Shown here piece after piece: positions 24,361 through 39,216 of a DNA stretch of 64,000 nucleotides. The position numbers and the translations under genes were made by a program. This stretch comes from Felis catus (lineage: Eukaryota). The notes below the pieces were generated by a model. That model had not been told where the DNA came from and made no database searches. It saw nothing but the letters and a program-made list of their open reading frames with translations. The stretch's first letter is position 1. Every line of letters starts with the position of its first letter. The DNA is taken from assembly GCF_018350175.1 (NCBI RefSeq), contig NC_058368.1, forward strand, positions 70,806,001-70,870,000. Direction: 5' to 3'.

Positions 24361-24942
24361 CTAGTGCATATTTTATACAGAGCCTAGAAATGTGATGTTT
24401 AGGTTTTGAGTCTTAAGTAGATTTCTTTGGAACAGTGATAGATTCTTTAGATTATACCAATGAGTCATAGTTCACCCTTGGATGATTTCTGCCTTCAGGA
24501 AAATACTCTTAGTTCAGATTAAAGTAGAAACTTATTTAAGACAAGCTCTGAAAGATCAGAAGTGGTTTAATATCCCTACTGGTGCTATTCAAGTTTTTCT
24601 TACAAATGCCAAAAAAAAAAAAAAAGGTTCAAAACAAAATCAAATTACTAATTCTCTGGTATAAGCAAGAAGATCTTGGATAGATACTCTGGGGTTCTAG
24701 TCCAGTGCTGACCCTGCAGTTAGCCCTTGACCTTGTTCAAGGCTCTTGTCTAAATTGAGGCTTATTTTTCTCACAGTTAAAACAGGAGGTTAGACTAGAT
24801 GCCTCTTATCGGTTGACATTCCATAATCTAGAAGGAATCTAGAAAGGAATTATTGACTTAAAGTAAGAGGACTTTAGAGAATTTAGAAATATAAAATATA
24901 TGGCTTTTTGAGCTTTTAGTTATTTTGGTCCACTTCAGCTCA

Positions 24943-25152
24943 ATTTTTTTTTTAACGTTTATTTTTGAGACAGAGAGAGACAGAGCATGAATGGGGAAGG
25001 GTCAGAGGGAGAGGGAGACACAGAATCTGAAACAGGCTCCAGGCTCTGAGCTGTCAGCACAGAGCCTGACACGGGGCTTGAACTCACGGACCGTAAGATC
25101 ATGACCTGAGCCGAAGTCGGATGCTTAACCAACTGAGCCACCCAGGTGTCCC
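24943..25152 (-). mobile_element. Can-SINE
   Basis: Antisense SINEC body; TSD TTCAGCTCA. Confidence 0.9.
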
Positions 25153-26279
25153 TTTTTCAGCTCAGTTTGAACAGAGATTGAAGATAAAAGCTTTGCCTTC
25201 CCCAAATTTGTGGGTTCAGTAATTGATTGGAACTCTTCTTGCCACGTTGGGAGGTTGTTTTGTTCATGTATTGTTCATTCTTATCCTTTAGAGCTCCCAT
25301 ACAGGAGGTGTCTTCGTTTCTCTCTCTCTGCAGCAGGGACTGCTGCCAGCTGCTTGCTGTGTTCAAGTCCTTAGTTTAAGTGGCTGCTGACTGCCACAGT
25401 ACAGAGGGGCTCTGATTTCAAAATAATTTGGCTGTACTGAAAATACAAAATCTAGAAGAGATCAGGAATAATTAGAGGTAGATACCCTAAATTTTAGTCT
25501 AATCTGCAAGATTGTCTCAGAGAAGTGGAGATGTGATTTTTGCCTGCATTCCATCCTCTTCTAGTTATCTCCTGCGCTCCTAGAGCTTTCATACTGACCC
25601 ACGAATGCTCCAGTGGGTGGAGCACAGAGCTCTTAGAGCCTGCCTATTCTAGCTCCCATAGTCCACGGTTCACCTAGAGATACCCAGTGAATATGAGAAA
25701 ACCAGCTTGTGCTAATGTCATGTTTGTAATCCTCTCACATGCCTTACCTGCAAAGGAGGTGGGCCACTAAAGAGAATTTCTCTTCTACCAGGAAAGCAAG
25801 TATGGACATAGCTTGTGGGGCCCCTCCTGTCCTCCAATCCCTGGACAAGGGTCCAGGCTGTGAATTTGGGTCATGAGTGTCTCCCTGTGCTGCAGAAGAG
25901 CCAGGAATTTACCAGGTGACCTGGTAACATGCTCGAGACTGGGGAGAGGATTTACCCTTAGAAATCTCCCTGCTCCTCCCCACCCCCTACACTCACTTCT
26001 AACTGACCTTAAGCTTCCTAAAGTGGGCTCTGATCTCCCCCTTACACAGCATAAATTCCATGATATCCTCTGTTGGCTGCATGAAGTCCAGACCCCTGAG
26101 TGTGGCATGCATGTGTCTCCTCACTTATCACCCACCTTTCCAACATTGCTCCCAGGGCTGCTTACCTTGCACCACTCAACCAGAAGGCTCACCATTCCAC
26201 ACACCACCCACCTCTCTCTCTGATTTGCTGACTCTCTTCCTCCCACCTCTCATCTTCAGGTTCTGCCTTTACTTATTAG

Positions 26280-26840
26280 CAGGCAGCCCTCTTCCACCAG
26301 CCCTTGGCAACTGTCAGCCTGCTTTCTGTCAATGCATCTACCTGTTCTGGATGCTTCATATAAATGGAGTCATACAATATATGGCCTTTTGTGACTGGCT
26401 TCTTTCACCTAGCATGTTTTCGAGGTTCATCCATGTTATGGCATGTATCAGTCAGTATTTCATTACCTTTTGTGGCTGAGTAGTACTCTCCTGTAGGTAT
26501 ATATTCTGTCTATCCATTCATCAGTTGATGGACATCTGGATTGTTCCACCTGTCGGTGATTGTGAATGGTGCTGTTACGAATATTTATGCATAACTATTT
26601 GAGCGCCTGTTTTCAGTTCTTTTGGGTATATATCTATCTATGGAATTGTTGGGTCATATGGCAATTCTGTGTTTAACTTTTTGAGTAGCCCACTGTTTCC
26701 CACAGAGGCTTCACCAGTTTACATTCCACTGGTGATACATAAGGGTTTCAGTTTGCATCCTTGCCAACTTTGGTTATTTTCTATTGTTTTTATGATAGCC
26801 ATCCTAGTGGGTGTGAAGTGGTATCTCATTGTGGTTTCCT
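26280..26840 (-). mobile_element. L1M 3' fragment
   Basis: cttcatataaatggagtcatacaatatatggccttttgtgactggc...gccatcctagtgggtgtgaagtggtatctcattgtgg. Confidence 0.8.
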
Positions 26841-26899
26841 CCAAACAACTTTTAAATACACAGATCAGTTAAGTAACTGATTTTAAATAAGAATTTGAA

Positions 26900-27580
26900 A
26901 AGGAAAAAAACACGCATCAGTTCATTTCACTTCTCTGCTTAGCGTCCTTAGAGCTCCTTCTCTTGGCCCTTCAGGGTGAGTCTGGTCTTGTTCCTTCTAC
27001 TCTTTGTAGCTCACCTGCTTCCACCCTTCTCACACATACTACCCCTTCCAGCATCATTGGCTTTCACTTACTTTTTTAAGCAAGGAAGGCGGACCATGGG
27101 CTTTGAGGCTTAGAGGAGTTCAGACACTTCCCCAAGGTCATACAGACCTGAGCCTGAGCCCTGGCCCTGCCACTTACTAGCCAGTTCCCTTTAGTTTTGT
27201 CATCTGTAAAAGCAGCTTGTGATCCTTAACCACAGAGAGCAGTTAGAATTAAATGAGCTCATGCACTGAATGCATGGTGCCTGGCTCATAAGGACATTGA
27301 TAAACAATGGATATAAAAAGGAAACAAGATAATACATAAGCGCCACCTCCTTGGGGAGGGGGACGACCATCTGAAGCATGTCCTCCCTCACATCCCCATT
27401 TGCCTCCCTCAGAGCTTCCTGTTCTTCATTATGCTTGCAGTTCAACATGATGTGAATGAATGGGTGCATTTCCTCTTGTTTGGTCTCACCACTCGACTGG
27501 AATCTCTGTTTACTCTTTATGCCTACACCCAGCATAGTGCCTGACACATAGTAGGCACTTATTAAATATTCCTGAATGAA
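26900..27580. mobile_element. L2 and MIR fragments
   Basis: MIR-like gacacttccccaaggtcatacag; L2 end cagcatagtgcctgacacatagtaggcactt. Confidence 0.6.
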
Positions 27581-30319
27581 AAAACCATCATAGGGTCACA
27601 GTAAACAGAATTCCTTACTCATTATTCACTTGACATGAGAGGGTGGAAAGGCAAACTTTTTATGTGTGAGTGTGGGTGTATGTATGTTTTCCTAGATTAT
27701 AGATTTGTCTAAACATTCCTGCTAATTTAATATGTCAAATCTGAAGGTTCTTTCTTGGCTTGAGTTTTTGAACACAGTCCAGGGCTGTTTTCAGATCCCT
27801 CGGTATTCTCCTTTTTTGAAAGAGTTTTGAAAACATAAAGGGGTATCTTCTGTACATACTTTTCTACATTATTCATTTATGTAAATGAGTTGTGGATAGA
27901 GGGGCTATTTTAATGTCAAAATGTGGCTTTACCTTGGCATCGAGGTATCATTAGGAGAACCCAGTCTGTCTGAGTCTATGTGGTTGAAATATCCCTCCAG
28001 CCAGTGTTTCTGTCCCAGGTACATTCTGTTTATTTCAGAATTTCTCACCTGTGGAACACACTTCTTTCTTTCAAGTCGGGATCAACTCAGCACCTGGAAG
28101 ATGTGTTTAAACAAATAGTCACAGTCTTTCAGTTCATTGGAGAAATCTTAGGATCCAAAACAATATTTACTTTTATTCTGCAATTTTCTTTTCTGCTTTT
28201 GTTTTTTCTTTCCCCATTCCACGCTGTTCTCCAACCCCCACCCCACATACCCTGGTTGATATTAGGGTGAGGTGTCCTAGAAGGCTTGGACTTCTGGCCT
28301 TGACTATAATCATGGATTAGTGACCACTGTTGGAGAAGAGCCCTGTATCCTTATGACTTCTCCATTGGGAATTAGTGAAATGAATCCACAGGCTGATAGG
28401 GGAAGAATTCTGATGCCTGGTGGGCTGGACGCTCCCTGAGGACAAGGCACCACATTCTTCATTTCTGTCTCTGTGCAGTGCCTGGGCAGCACTGCTCATC
28501 AGCAAGTGTCTGAAACCAACCAGATGGCTGCAAACATTCTGTTATGTATGGGAACCTCTAAGTATTAGCAACTAGCCAGAGACCAGCAGTGATGAGCACT
28601 TTTTAGGCTCGACACACATTTGATTCCTAAAACGAGGACCTCAGGCATCAGCTGAAGAAATGACTTTTAAAGATAGAAACAGGACTGTTAACACATGTGC
28701 ATTTTACTAATCAGTGTACTGTTTTTGAGGCATTAGTAAAAATATTAGTATTTCCAGCATTATTGTTAATGAGGGATAAGAAACTTACATTTATCTTCAC
28801 AACCATATGGTTTACTGCTTGATGTGGTTTTCTTTTTTGATATTTTTAAATTTGACTTTTAGTAAGGACAAAACCATTTGCTTGTAGGAATTTATTCTGC
28901 AGGTAAATGAGAAAAGTATTTACTTCATAGAATATTTCTTTATAACAAGAAATTCTAGAACATATTGATGGTTTTCTTAAGAGATACTTATATTTTATTA
29001 TTCAGTCATTCATTTATACATTCTCCCAAAAAGAATGAAAATTATGCCCCTACATAGTCCTAGGGAGCTCCTGAGAGCGAGGAAGGGGAAGTAAATTTCT
29101 CATGGGTTTTTTTCCATGCCAGGCACCTGGACACACTTTAGTTGGCACATCTTTTGTAAGATACTGTGTAGTCTAAGGTGCTTGGGTCAGGAGATGAAAC
29201 ACTGAAAGGTAAGTCTGCCACTATTATATTTTATTCTTTGAGTAGCCAGCATAGTGCTGTGGCCCATGGTAGGTACTTAATAAATGTTGACTAAACGGGA
29301 TGTGTCATGGGAAGTGGTAAAGTAGAGGCAGGAGCGACTTGCAGAGGGCATGGGGACTATTCCCAGGGAAGCTGACCTCTGAGCAGGTTTGAGAGGATGA
29401 CAGGGGAGGGAACGGCATTCCTGGCTGAGGGAACTGCTTGTGCAAAGGCACAGCAGGAGAATTAGGAGTGAGTGGTTGTGGAGTAGGGGTGCCTTGTGGC
29501 AGAGGGGCTGAGCAGGTGGGTTGGGGCCAGCTGTTGGCAATGGGGAGGCAGTAGAGATGTTTACTGTCTCTCAGCCTCCATCAAGTGAGTGTTTCATTCC
29601 GCACTCTGGTTTAGGGGGTAGTCCTCGTCATGTCAACCTCTTGCCTTTCTCTTTTCTTTTAATTACATTCAAAACAGGCTGGGAAACCTAATTGGAACAG
29701 AGAGAAAGTGATGAAACTGTAGCCTGGGGGGCAGGCCCGTTCATCCGTTCCTCCTAATGCACTTAACTATGTTTAAGCACTTCTAAGTTATTTGGACCCT
29801 TCAGATGACTTCATTTCTGTGACTACTGTACACTTAGCTTCCCACATCTGCAGTTAATTTCTTAAGCGACTTTAATGGGAAACTTCAAACAGTTTAAATG
29901 TCAATTACCAAAAAAGTGAGGTTTTCAAATTCCAGTAATCTGTCCATATTGGTCAGTGGAACATAATCCCAGGTGGATGTAATTTAAGACAGATGACATT
30001 CCAGAGCTTCCCTTACAAAGAGCTTATATACCTTTAGGACTAACAGGCAGGCCCTGTTGTTGCTACACTCACAGAGCTGCCTACAGTTCTGGCTTATCTG
30101 CACAGGCTCTGTGCTCAACGCTTTCAGTTCACGGCACTCATTCTGGCTGTGTTTTGGCTGGTGCTTTTGAAGCTGACAAGACCCAAAACCTACTCTGTAC
30201 ATAAAAATATGTTGAGAATATAGTAACTGTAATAATTCCAATTTTTAATCCTATACTTTTGAGAGGGATTAAGTATTTATGATGTACTTTATGATAGGTT
30301 TATTCTTTTTCTTCATAGA

Positions 30320-30426
30320 TTTTTAAAAAAGATTTTAAGTAATCTCTACACCTAACATGGGGCTTGAACTCACAACCCTGAGACCAAGAGGTGCACACTC
30401 TGCTGTCTGAGCCAACTGGTTGCCCC
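30320..30426 (-). mobile_element. Short Can-SINE
   Basis: ggggcttgaactcacaaccctgagaccaagag. Confidence 0.8.
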
Positions 30427-30429
30427 TTC

Positions 30430-31005
30430 TTTTTTTTTTTTAATTTATTTTTTTGATTTTACATCCAAGTTAGCATATAGTAGCTTCCAGTGATCCATCC
30501 CCTGTGTATAACACCCAGTAATCATCCCAACACGTGTCCTCCCTAATGCCTCTTACCCACTTAGCCCATCCCCACCCACAACCCCTCCAGCAACCCTTAG
30601 TTCTCTGCATTTAAGAGTCTCTTATGTTTTGTCTCTCTCCTTGTTTTTATATTATTTTTGCTTCCCTTTCCTTATGTTCATCTGTTTTGTATCTTAAATT
30701 CCTCATAGGGGTAAAGTCACATGATATTTGTCTTTCTCTAACTTTGCTTCACATAATACCCTCTAGTTCTGTCCACATGGTTGCAAATGGCAAGATTTCA
30801 TTCTTTTTGATTGCCAAGAAGTACTCCATTTTATGTATGTGTACACACACCCCCCACATCTTCTTTACCCATTCATCCATCGATGGACATTTGGGCTCTT
30901 TCCATACTTTGGCTATTGTTGATAGCGCTGTTATAAACATTGGGATGCATGTGCCCCTTTGAAACAGCACACCTGTAGCCCTTGGATAAATAGTAGTGCA
31001 GTTGC
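30430..31005 (-). mobile_element. Feline/carnivore L1 3' end
   Basis: ORF2 C-terminus TCIPMFITALSTIAKVWKEPKCPSMDEWVKKMW...KKNEILPFATMWTELEGIM, followed by 3'UTR and poly(A). Confidence 0.9.
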
Positions 31006-31530
31006 TTCCTTGTAGGGCCAGCTGCCCCTTCTCAACGCATGGGTTAATCTTACATTTCTGACCGGGAAATCCTGATTTGTTTGTTTCTTGCCACTCTCAC
31101 CTTTTTTCCCCCTCCTGTGTTCCTTCCTTTACCTTTAATGCATGAAAAAAAAAAGTTGAGTAGGGGGATGAGTATTATTTTGACAGGAAGTAAAACCAAA
31201 AGCATGCAAAATAAATTAAGCTTGCATTTTCTCTGCAGGTCATTTAATGAATGTTATGTGCTACAGAGTAAACAGTTTTGGGCAGCTAGTTTAGTTTTTT
31301 CCACTTCTAAGCCTCTGACAAATGATTTTAGATGATCCGTTGGTCTGAAAAAGGAAAACTTTATATGTGTGACTTTTAAGTTGAGTTTTGTTATTCTTTG
31401 AAGACTTTTTTATGTAAGCCATTTTTGTGAAGTTGTTTTAGTTGAATTTGAAATTTTAAAAAAGCTTTAAAAGTAGAGTCTGCCATATTGAACTGTTTTT
31501 CACATGTTTTACATTAAAAAGTTAATTTGC

Positions 31531-31975
31531 AGAGTGCTTGGGTGGCTCAGTCAGTTGAGTGACTTCGGCTCAGGTCATGATCTCGTGGTTCGTGAGTTCT
31601 AGCTCCATGTCAGGCTTTGTGCTTGCAGCCTGGAGCCTGCTTGGATTCTGTGTCCCCCTCTCTCTCTGCCCCTTCCCTGCTCATGCTCTGCTTCTCTCTG
31701 TCTCAAAAATAAACAACAACAAAAAAAGTTAATTTGCCTTTTCTTTTTAATTTTTATTTACTTAAAACAATTTTTTAGTGTTTATTTATTTATCTTGGGA
31801 GAGAGAGAGAGTGAGCAGGGGAAGGGAAGAGAGAGGGAGAGAGAGAATCCCAAACAGTCTTCGTGCTGTCATCACAGAGCCCGACGTGAGACTCGATCTC
31901 ACGAACCAGGAGGTCATGACTTGAGCTGATATCAAGAGTCGGATGCTTAATCAACTGAGCCACCCATGCATCCCT
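31531..31975. mobile_element. Tail-to-tail inverted Can-SINE pair (+ 31531-31730; - 31760-31975)
   Basis: Two SINEC bodies in opposite orientation; TSD AAAAAGTTAATTTGC for the first. Confidence 0.88.
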
Positions 31976-33315
31976 GATTTGCCTTTTCTATTTTTAAAAG
32001 ATACCAAGAAAATAAAGTTCCCTCATTAAGCAGTCATTATTTGTCAGCTGCTTTTGAAAATTGAGAAATTATGTTTAGTGTGTATGGCTTTAGGTTATCT
32101 GACACCTCCCCCAGGAGAAATAATGTCCTACTAAGAAATATTCTTAGTCCTACTATTTGTCCATTTATCTATTTAGTCTGGCATAAATCACTTTCAAAGA
32201 TAAGAAAATAGTCATACAAAGATATAGTGGAACATGTGAATTTTATGTATTTTCTGATAATGAGCCCTGTTTTAAAGGCTTCTAGAGTTCTTTCAAAAGC
32301 AGCTCACTGGTGCTGTGTTTGGCATGTTGTATGTTGTTAAAACTTCACAGAAATGTGGAGGTACTGAATTGTGCACTTTATAGAATCTGGTATGCTAACA
32401 TGATCACTTTTCCATGTACCAGTAATCTTTGGATTGTGAGATACATATATCATGTTTACAAAACTTATGTCTGGCTTATCTGATTGGAATTGAAATGGAC
32501 ATTTTCCAGTAGTTACTTCTCAACATTCTAATTGAGTAATACCCACTAAATATCTATTTAAGTCAAAATGTAAAGGATCAGTGGCTTGCTTAATCAGCTT
32601 TAGAGGTATAAAGTTAGGATGTGAATTCACATCCCCTCTTTCTCCAGAGAGGTGACTTGATGACTTCTCTTTCTCTCAGTAATGTAGTAGAGCCTATTTG
32701 GCTTAATCAGCAGCCTTGGGAGTTGGAGCAATCATTTGAAATATTGAGTGGAAAAGTTCTTGCACTTGGAGAAATCAGGAGGCCAGGAGTGAGAGACATA
32801 TCTACATCCTTTCCCTGGTGGCCCCTCACCTGTGAATTCGCACCAGGGTGGTAATAAAATTGCAGGAGCTCATTTTATGTGAAACCATTAGCAGCCTGAG
32901 AATTTGGAGCTAGCTGCCTCTCATACTTTAAGACACTGGAAGGTGTCATTTATAAGCATGGAGAGCTTGAAGGAAGGCAGAACAGGCTTGTAAACCGTAG
33001 CTTTAGGCTCTGGACAGTAATCAGTTTGTAATATAGTTTAGTCTTAGGCTATCAGAATCACAAATGTGCCTTTAAGTGTTGCAGGCAAATCCCATGAAAT
33101 ATCTGACTATAAAAGGTAGAGACAATGGCTAGTTATTTCCCAGTTGTTATTGGGGATATGTTATTTTCTTTTTGTTCCTTCATGCATAAGGGTAGAGGGG
33201 AAGGGAGCCATGCTGCAAGTGGAACAAGTAAAACTGAATATTCGTGTAAGTTTTTGTTTTTTTTACATTGGCCATGATGAGAAGTCAAGTATCACAACTA
33301 ATATGGAGGTTTTAC

Positions 33316-33514
33316 TTTTTTTTTTTAAGTTTTTATTTACTTATTTTGAGAGAGAGAGAGAGAGAGCTCAGAAAGGCAGAGAGAAAATTCCAAGTGGACT
33401 CTGCACTGTCATCACAGAGCCTGATGCAGGACTCAATCCCATGAACCTCAAGATCATGACCTGAACCTACATCAAGAGCCAGATGCTCAACTGACTAAGC
33501 CACCCAGGCACCCC
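33316..33514 (-). mobile_element. Can-SINE
   Basis: Antisense body; TSD TGGAGGTTTT(T)ACTTT. Confidence 0.88.
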
Positions 33515-35559
33515 TGGAGGTTTTACTTTGAAATAGCTACTCGTGCATGGTTCCTGCTTTTTTGTGTGGCTGACTCTGAGTTCCTAGGCTGGGGCAAGTG
33601 TGTGTGAGAGCCCTCGGGGCTGGGGAAATAGGGAAGCATTTCCAGCTTCTATTGGCTCAGAAGGTGGAGGGTTCCCCAACATGAGGGCAGAATTCGGGTT
33701 CTTGGCCACCTGTGGAAATGACAAATGGCCTTCACTGTGGGCTAGCCCAGCTTCAGGATCTCTGCTGATGATCCCAAGAAATGATTCTTTAACTGAACCA
33801 TGAAGAAAACCAGAAAATTAGGAGAGAATTCAAGAATGCAATTTGCAGATCAAGAACAGTCTATAGAATCTACCTGGGCATAATGATGTGTATGTCAGGG
33901 TGCTCCAGGCTTTGCCTCCAGACCAGTACAAACGTGACTGTTCAAATCTCAGTACTCCAAGTCCCCACGGCTTGCCCTCTTCCAGGAGTTCGATAAGTTA
34001 CCTGAAATGTCCCTGGTTGGCTCCTGTCTGATCAGAGCTGTCCCTGCTGCTTAGCGGTGGTCCTCCTGCTCCAGCCAGGATCCTGTGGCAGTGAGAGACC
34101 CAGGCTCATCTGCAGCCCTGTTGCTTGTCTCTTTATTTGGCCAGTAGAAAACAGCCTTTTCAATTCCCATGGGAGATCCAGAGGAATTTGTAGCCATTCA
34201 GTAATATTTCTGTCCTTCATATTAAAGTTCAGTTCTTTCCACAGGACACAAATGGCATTGGGCAGGAGAGAGGTGGCCCTATGCCGAGAGATCAGTATTA
34301 TCTTAGAGAAACCACTGCTCCCTCTAGACCCTAGGTTCCTGTTGCTCGGGATTCCTGTTTTTAGCCTGGTTCCTTTTTAAGACTTCTTTTTTTTCACAAG
34401 GAGATGTTATGCTAATTCTCTCTTGAGGATCTTCACTGTTTCAGTACATGTCTGTCGGCTCAGAGATGGTGTTTAAGCATTTGAAGGTAATCTCTGCTAA
34501 CATACATGTTCAGAGTCACCAGGTAGAATTTTCTCTAGTGGTGTGGTCAGAAAGGCTCTGCTCATTCCCACAGGCTCTGAGAGGTGCTCAGAGTTGGGTC
34601 GGATATGGATTTTCTGCTAAGGCAGCCTTGCTTGTTGCCACTGTGTTCTGTACCCCTGCAAGTGTGGGACCTGGCTAGAAGTAGATTGTTCTCATCCAGC
34701 AGAAGTGTGCTTGGATACTGGCTGCCCGTTCCCGTCCTCTCCTGCAGAAGCAGCTCAGGGCATTCCTTGTTTAATGCTCATGTGGACTACATTAGCAATG
34801 CTTTTCTGAGAGGCAACATAAGGGATATTACCCTGATAAATTATGAAATGCCTCTTTCTGAGCCCCAAATTTTTGGTTATAACTCTGGCACCAGACTGAT
34901 AGGGCTCTAGAAGGTTCAGAGAAGTGCTAAAACTGCAAGACTTACGGGCAGGGACTTTGCCCATTTTACAAGTGTTGACTAAAGTAGTTCTGAACAAGAA
35001 AAGCATTTGATGGAATCTTACCTTGTACAAAGACATACTATTTTTGGCCTTTCTCTCTCTCTCTTTTTTTTTTCCCCTCTTTCACCTTTCCCTTGCAACC
35101 TTCTCCTCCATCTCAGCTTTCTGATCCCCAGTTGCCCTGTACTATTCCTCTCAATCCCAGATCTGCCCTCTCCTGCATCTTGTTCTTATTCTCGGGGAGG
35201 ATTACATTCTTTTGAGCCCCGTGTGCCAAGCCCTGTGCTTGCGCATTTGTGTATTATCATGAGGAAATTCTTTGGCCCATTTTACATATGAGGCAAGTGA
35301 GATTCAGGGAAGTTATTGACTTATCCAAATTCATACACCTACTAAGGGATGGGGCAGAAGTCAACCCCCTGTTTCTGAAGCCTCTTTACTGAATCACTAC
35401 ATTTTAGTCATCTAGTCTGGGAAAAGAGTATTCTTTTATTGTTACCCAAAGCGATGATAATATAAAACATCTGTAAATTGGAGGTTTGTTAAGTAAATTA
35501 TGGTATAGTCATACCCTAGTAATGATGTAGGTGTTAAAAATAATAAGGTAGTTTCCATG

Positions 35560-35937
35560 AATGGTGAAGTAGCTTGATTGCACCAAACCTTCTGTAGATT
35601 ACATTCTGTACTCTGTAAAAAAAATATTTTTAAAAACCACTATTTTAAGGCAGTGGAAAGCAAGCAAAGTCAGGCAAAAACTGAAACAGATCCTCCCTTG
35701 AAACACAAACTACAATGGATAGTTTTTTGGTGGCTTTTTACCAGAAGGCACTTCAAATCTACCTTGTGTCTGTGACAAAAAGCACAGCTGTACTGTACTG
35801 AGGTGTTAGAAGGAGAGGTAGAGACTGGCAAAGCAGCCAGAAAGTTAGGAGGGAAATCCCAGAGGGAAGGAGCTCAGAGGGAATAAACTCCAAAATTTAC
35901 ATATAAAATGGCATAAATCCTTGGCTAGCCACTAAGC

Positions 35938-35968
<31 letters not shown>

Positions 35969-37274
35969 AGAGAGCTTCCAGTGGAACTGATGGAAAAGCA
36001 GCAGCTGCAAGCTGAAAGACCTGAGTAGAGATCTTAGCTGCTGTTCACCACAGAGGAGACAGAGTGTGGTGTTTGTGTTCAGCCAAATTAACTGTCTGCT
36101 AGAACAAAAATCACTCTTCAGAGAAATATACAGAATCTAGAATCTTAATAACAATTAATCATAATATCCAAAGTCCTATAAAAAAATCACTATATCAAAG
36201 CATTATGATGAATACCCAAAATGAATTCAATGTTATATGTCAGTCATATCAATAAAATTGAGAAAAAAAATAACTGTAGAGATGAAGAAACAAGGGGGAA
36301 AAAGCAGTTAATTGAGGCCAATGTATGATCTATACATACATTGCATTTAACAGACAAGGGCTTTAAAGCATCCATCATAAGTATGTTGAAGGACTTAATG
36401 GTAAATATATACACAATGAGCAGATAGAGAACATCTCCTTAGAAACAGACACACTAGGGACTCCTGGTTGGCTTAGTTAAGTATCTGATTTCGGCTCAGG
36501 TCATGATCACACAACACGTTGGGCTCTATGCAGCCTGGGACCTGCTTCAGATTCTGTGTCTCCCTCTCTGCCCCTCCCCCACTCATACTCTGTCTCCTCT
36601 CAAAATTAAAAGAAAAAATTAGACACACTATTAAAAAGAGCTGAAAGATCAGTGATTGGCATTGGCTGGAGGAGAGGAGGGAGTGGGGAATGACTGATTA
36701 ATGTGTATGGAGTTTCCTTTTGGGGTGATGAAAATGTTCTTGAACTAGATAATGGTGATGCTTTTACAACATTGTAAAAGTATAAAATGCCAGTATGCTT
36801 TTAACGTGGTTAAAATTAATTTTATGAAAAGGGAACTTAAAAGTACATTCACTAAGTTTAAAAATATACTGGATCAGCTTAGTAGTGGATTGTAGACAGC
36901 ACAAGAGTCAATGAACTCAAAATAGATCAATAGTAATTACTAATTTGATGAAGACAGGAAAAAGATTGAAGAGAAATGAATAGAGCCTCAGAGACCTGTG
37001 GGACAATATCAAGCAGTCTAATGTAGGTAATGAGAGTTCTAGAAGGAAAGAAAAAAAGAGGCCCTAAAAATATTTGACAGAGTAAAGGATAGAAAGTTCC
37101 TCAACTTTTTTTCAGAAAGTTCCCAAATTTGATGAAATACACTAACCTGCAGATCACTCAGCAAACCCTCAGCAAGATAAATTTCTCTCTCTCACTCACT
37201 CTCTCTCTCTCTCTCACACTCTCTCTCTCACTCTCACACTCTCTCTCTCTCACTCTCACTCTCTCTCTCTCTCA

Positions 37275-37337
<63 letters not shown>

Positions 37338-37920
37338 AAGCCACACTGCTGAAATCCAAAAATAAAGTCTTGAAAGCATCTAGATGGAAAAAAGATAACA
37401 TTACTTACAAGGGAACAGAGATATGAATGGCAGCAGACTTCTCATCAGGAAAAATGGAGAGTAGAAGGTAAATGCATTGATACCTTTCAAGTGCTAAAAG
37501 GAAAAAAATGTCATCTCAGAATTCTATGTTCAGCAAAAGTATCCTTCAGAAATGAAGCTAAAATAAAGATGTTTACAGATAAGCAAAAACTGAGAGAATT
37601 TGTTACAAGGAAATCCACGCTACAAGAAATGGTAAAGGAGGGGCACCAGGGTGGCTCAAGTCGTTTAAGTGTCTGACTCAGGTCATGATCTCACTGTGAG
37701 TTCAAGCCCTACACTGGGCTCCATGCTGACAGTGCAGAGCCTGCTTGGGACTCTCTTTCTCCCTCTCTTTCTGCCCCTCCCCCACTCACTCTGTCTTTCT
37801 CTCAAATAAATAAACTTAAATTTTTTTAAATAAAAAAATAAATTTAAAAAATGCTAAGGAAGTTCTTTAGGCTGAAGAGAAATAACCCCAGATAATTTGG
37901 ATATGTAAGAAGGAATGTGA
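35560..37920 (+). mobile_element. Old L1 5' portion (5'UTR and ORF1 remnant), with SINEs at ~36457-36620 and ~37640-37850
   Basis: LKGKKCHLRILCSAKVSFRNEAKIKMFTDKQKLREFVTRKSTLQEMVKE resembles the L1 ORF1p C-terminus; agagacctgtgggacaatatcaag ORF1 motif. Confidence 0.75.
37184..37334. repeat. Compound (CT)n/(CA)n microsatellite
   Basis: Seen directly. Confidence 0.95.
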
Positions 37921-37984
37921 ATCACCAGAAATGATGAAGAAAAGAACGAGGTAGATCTCTATGTGTTCATATGAGCATGTCGTA

Positions 37985-38200
37985 ATAACTAACAATAATA
38001 AATATTTATATAGCAATTAGTGTTCCGAGTGTCTTAGATATGTTATTTAACCCTCACAGTAATCATATAAAATGGGTATTATTATTAACCTCATTTTACA
38101 GATGTGATAACTGAGGTACAGAGTAACTTGCCCAGTGCCACACAATGTGGCAGATGTAGGATTCAAATTCAGCATTCTGATTCTAGAAGCTATCTACTCA
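37985..38200. mobile_element. MIR
   Basis: cattttacagatgtgataactgaggtacagagtaacttgccc...ggattcaaattcag. Confidence 0.75.
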
Positions 38201-39216
38201 ACTGTTCAACTCAAGCCTCTTGATATATTATTACCTGAACCAAGCAGTGTGCATATAGTATGATCTTTGTGTAAATAAAAGTATGAAGATACTATTTTTA
38301 GGAAGAATATATAGCCTTTAATGGCGGTCACCTTTGGGGAAAGATTGAAGGCTTGGAGTATGGAAGGGGCGACTAAAGTTTTGAATGTTTTTTAATGTGC
38401 TTGTGTCACTTTTATTTTTGCAAAATAAAATTATAAAGTCACTAGCTGGGAAAACATATAGGTACATAGTCTGGGGTGGGAGGATAATAATCTGTCTCTG
38501 CCTTATAAGGAATTTGACAGAAATGAAGAAAATGTGGACTGAGAATCAGGATTCTAGGTCAGCAAGATGCTGTCATTTGACAAAGGCTGTCATGGAGCTG
38601 TCAGGTAGTGTTCTTTGGTCTTTGACACTTTTATCCCTTTGCTGAATCTTCTCCATCCCCAGGCTTCCCCTGTCACTCAGGAGATGACTCTAGGGAAACA
38701 CTTCTTGCTCTGAAGTTCTCTCCTCCACATTGCCATCTCAACATACAATCTGGCTTAATTCTTACTCAGAGCTGCTGACGTTAGGGCCCCCTGGCTGGTT
38801 CTGTCCATGGTTACTTAGCTACTAAGTGGTAGTGCCAGAATTTGAATAGGGTGGTATGACTCATAGGCACCCTCTTAGTGCCTGTGAAGTGTGAAGTCAT
38901 GTGCTGGTTAACATTACATCAGTTAACCTTATCCATTGCTAGATCAGGGAACCAAGGAGCAGAGGGGTGGGTACCTGCCCCAATATGAAACTAAGGCAGA
39001 GTTGGGATCCCAACCACAGGTTCTGTTCCAAAGCTGGGATTCTTTTGACAAGGCTGTGCTGGCCTAGTATCTTTTGTACACTCTTTCACCCAAGGCTGAA
39101 TTTTAGGTCACAACCAATAGAATTTTGAAAAATCACCCACTTGAAAGATGTTGAAGATGATCAAGATACATGCTGTTTCTAAACCAGCAATATACCAGTC
39201 TTCTCATTGATCAACA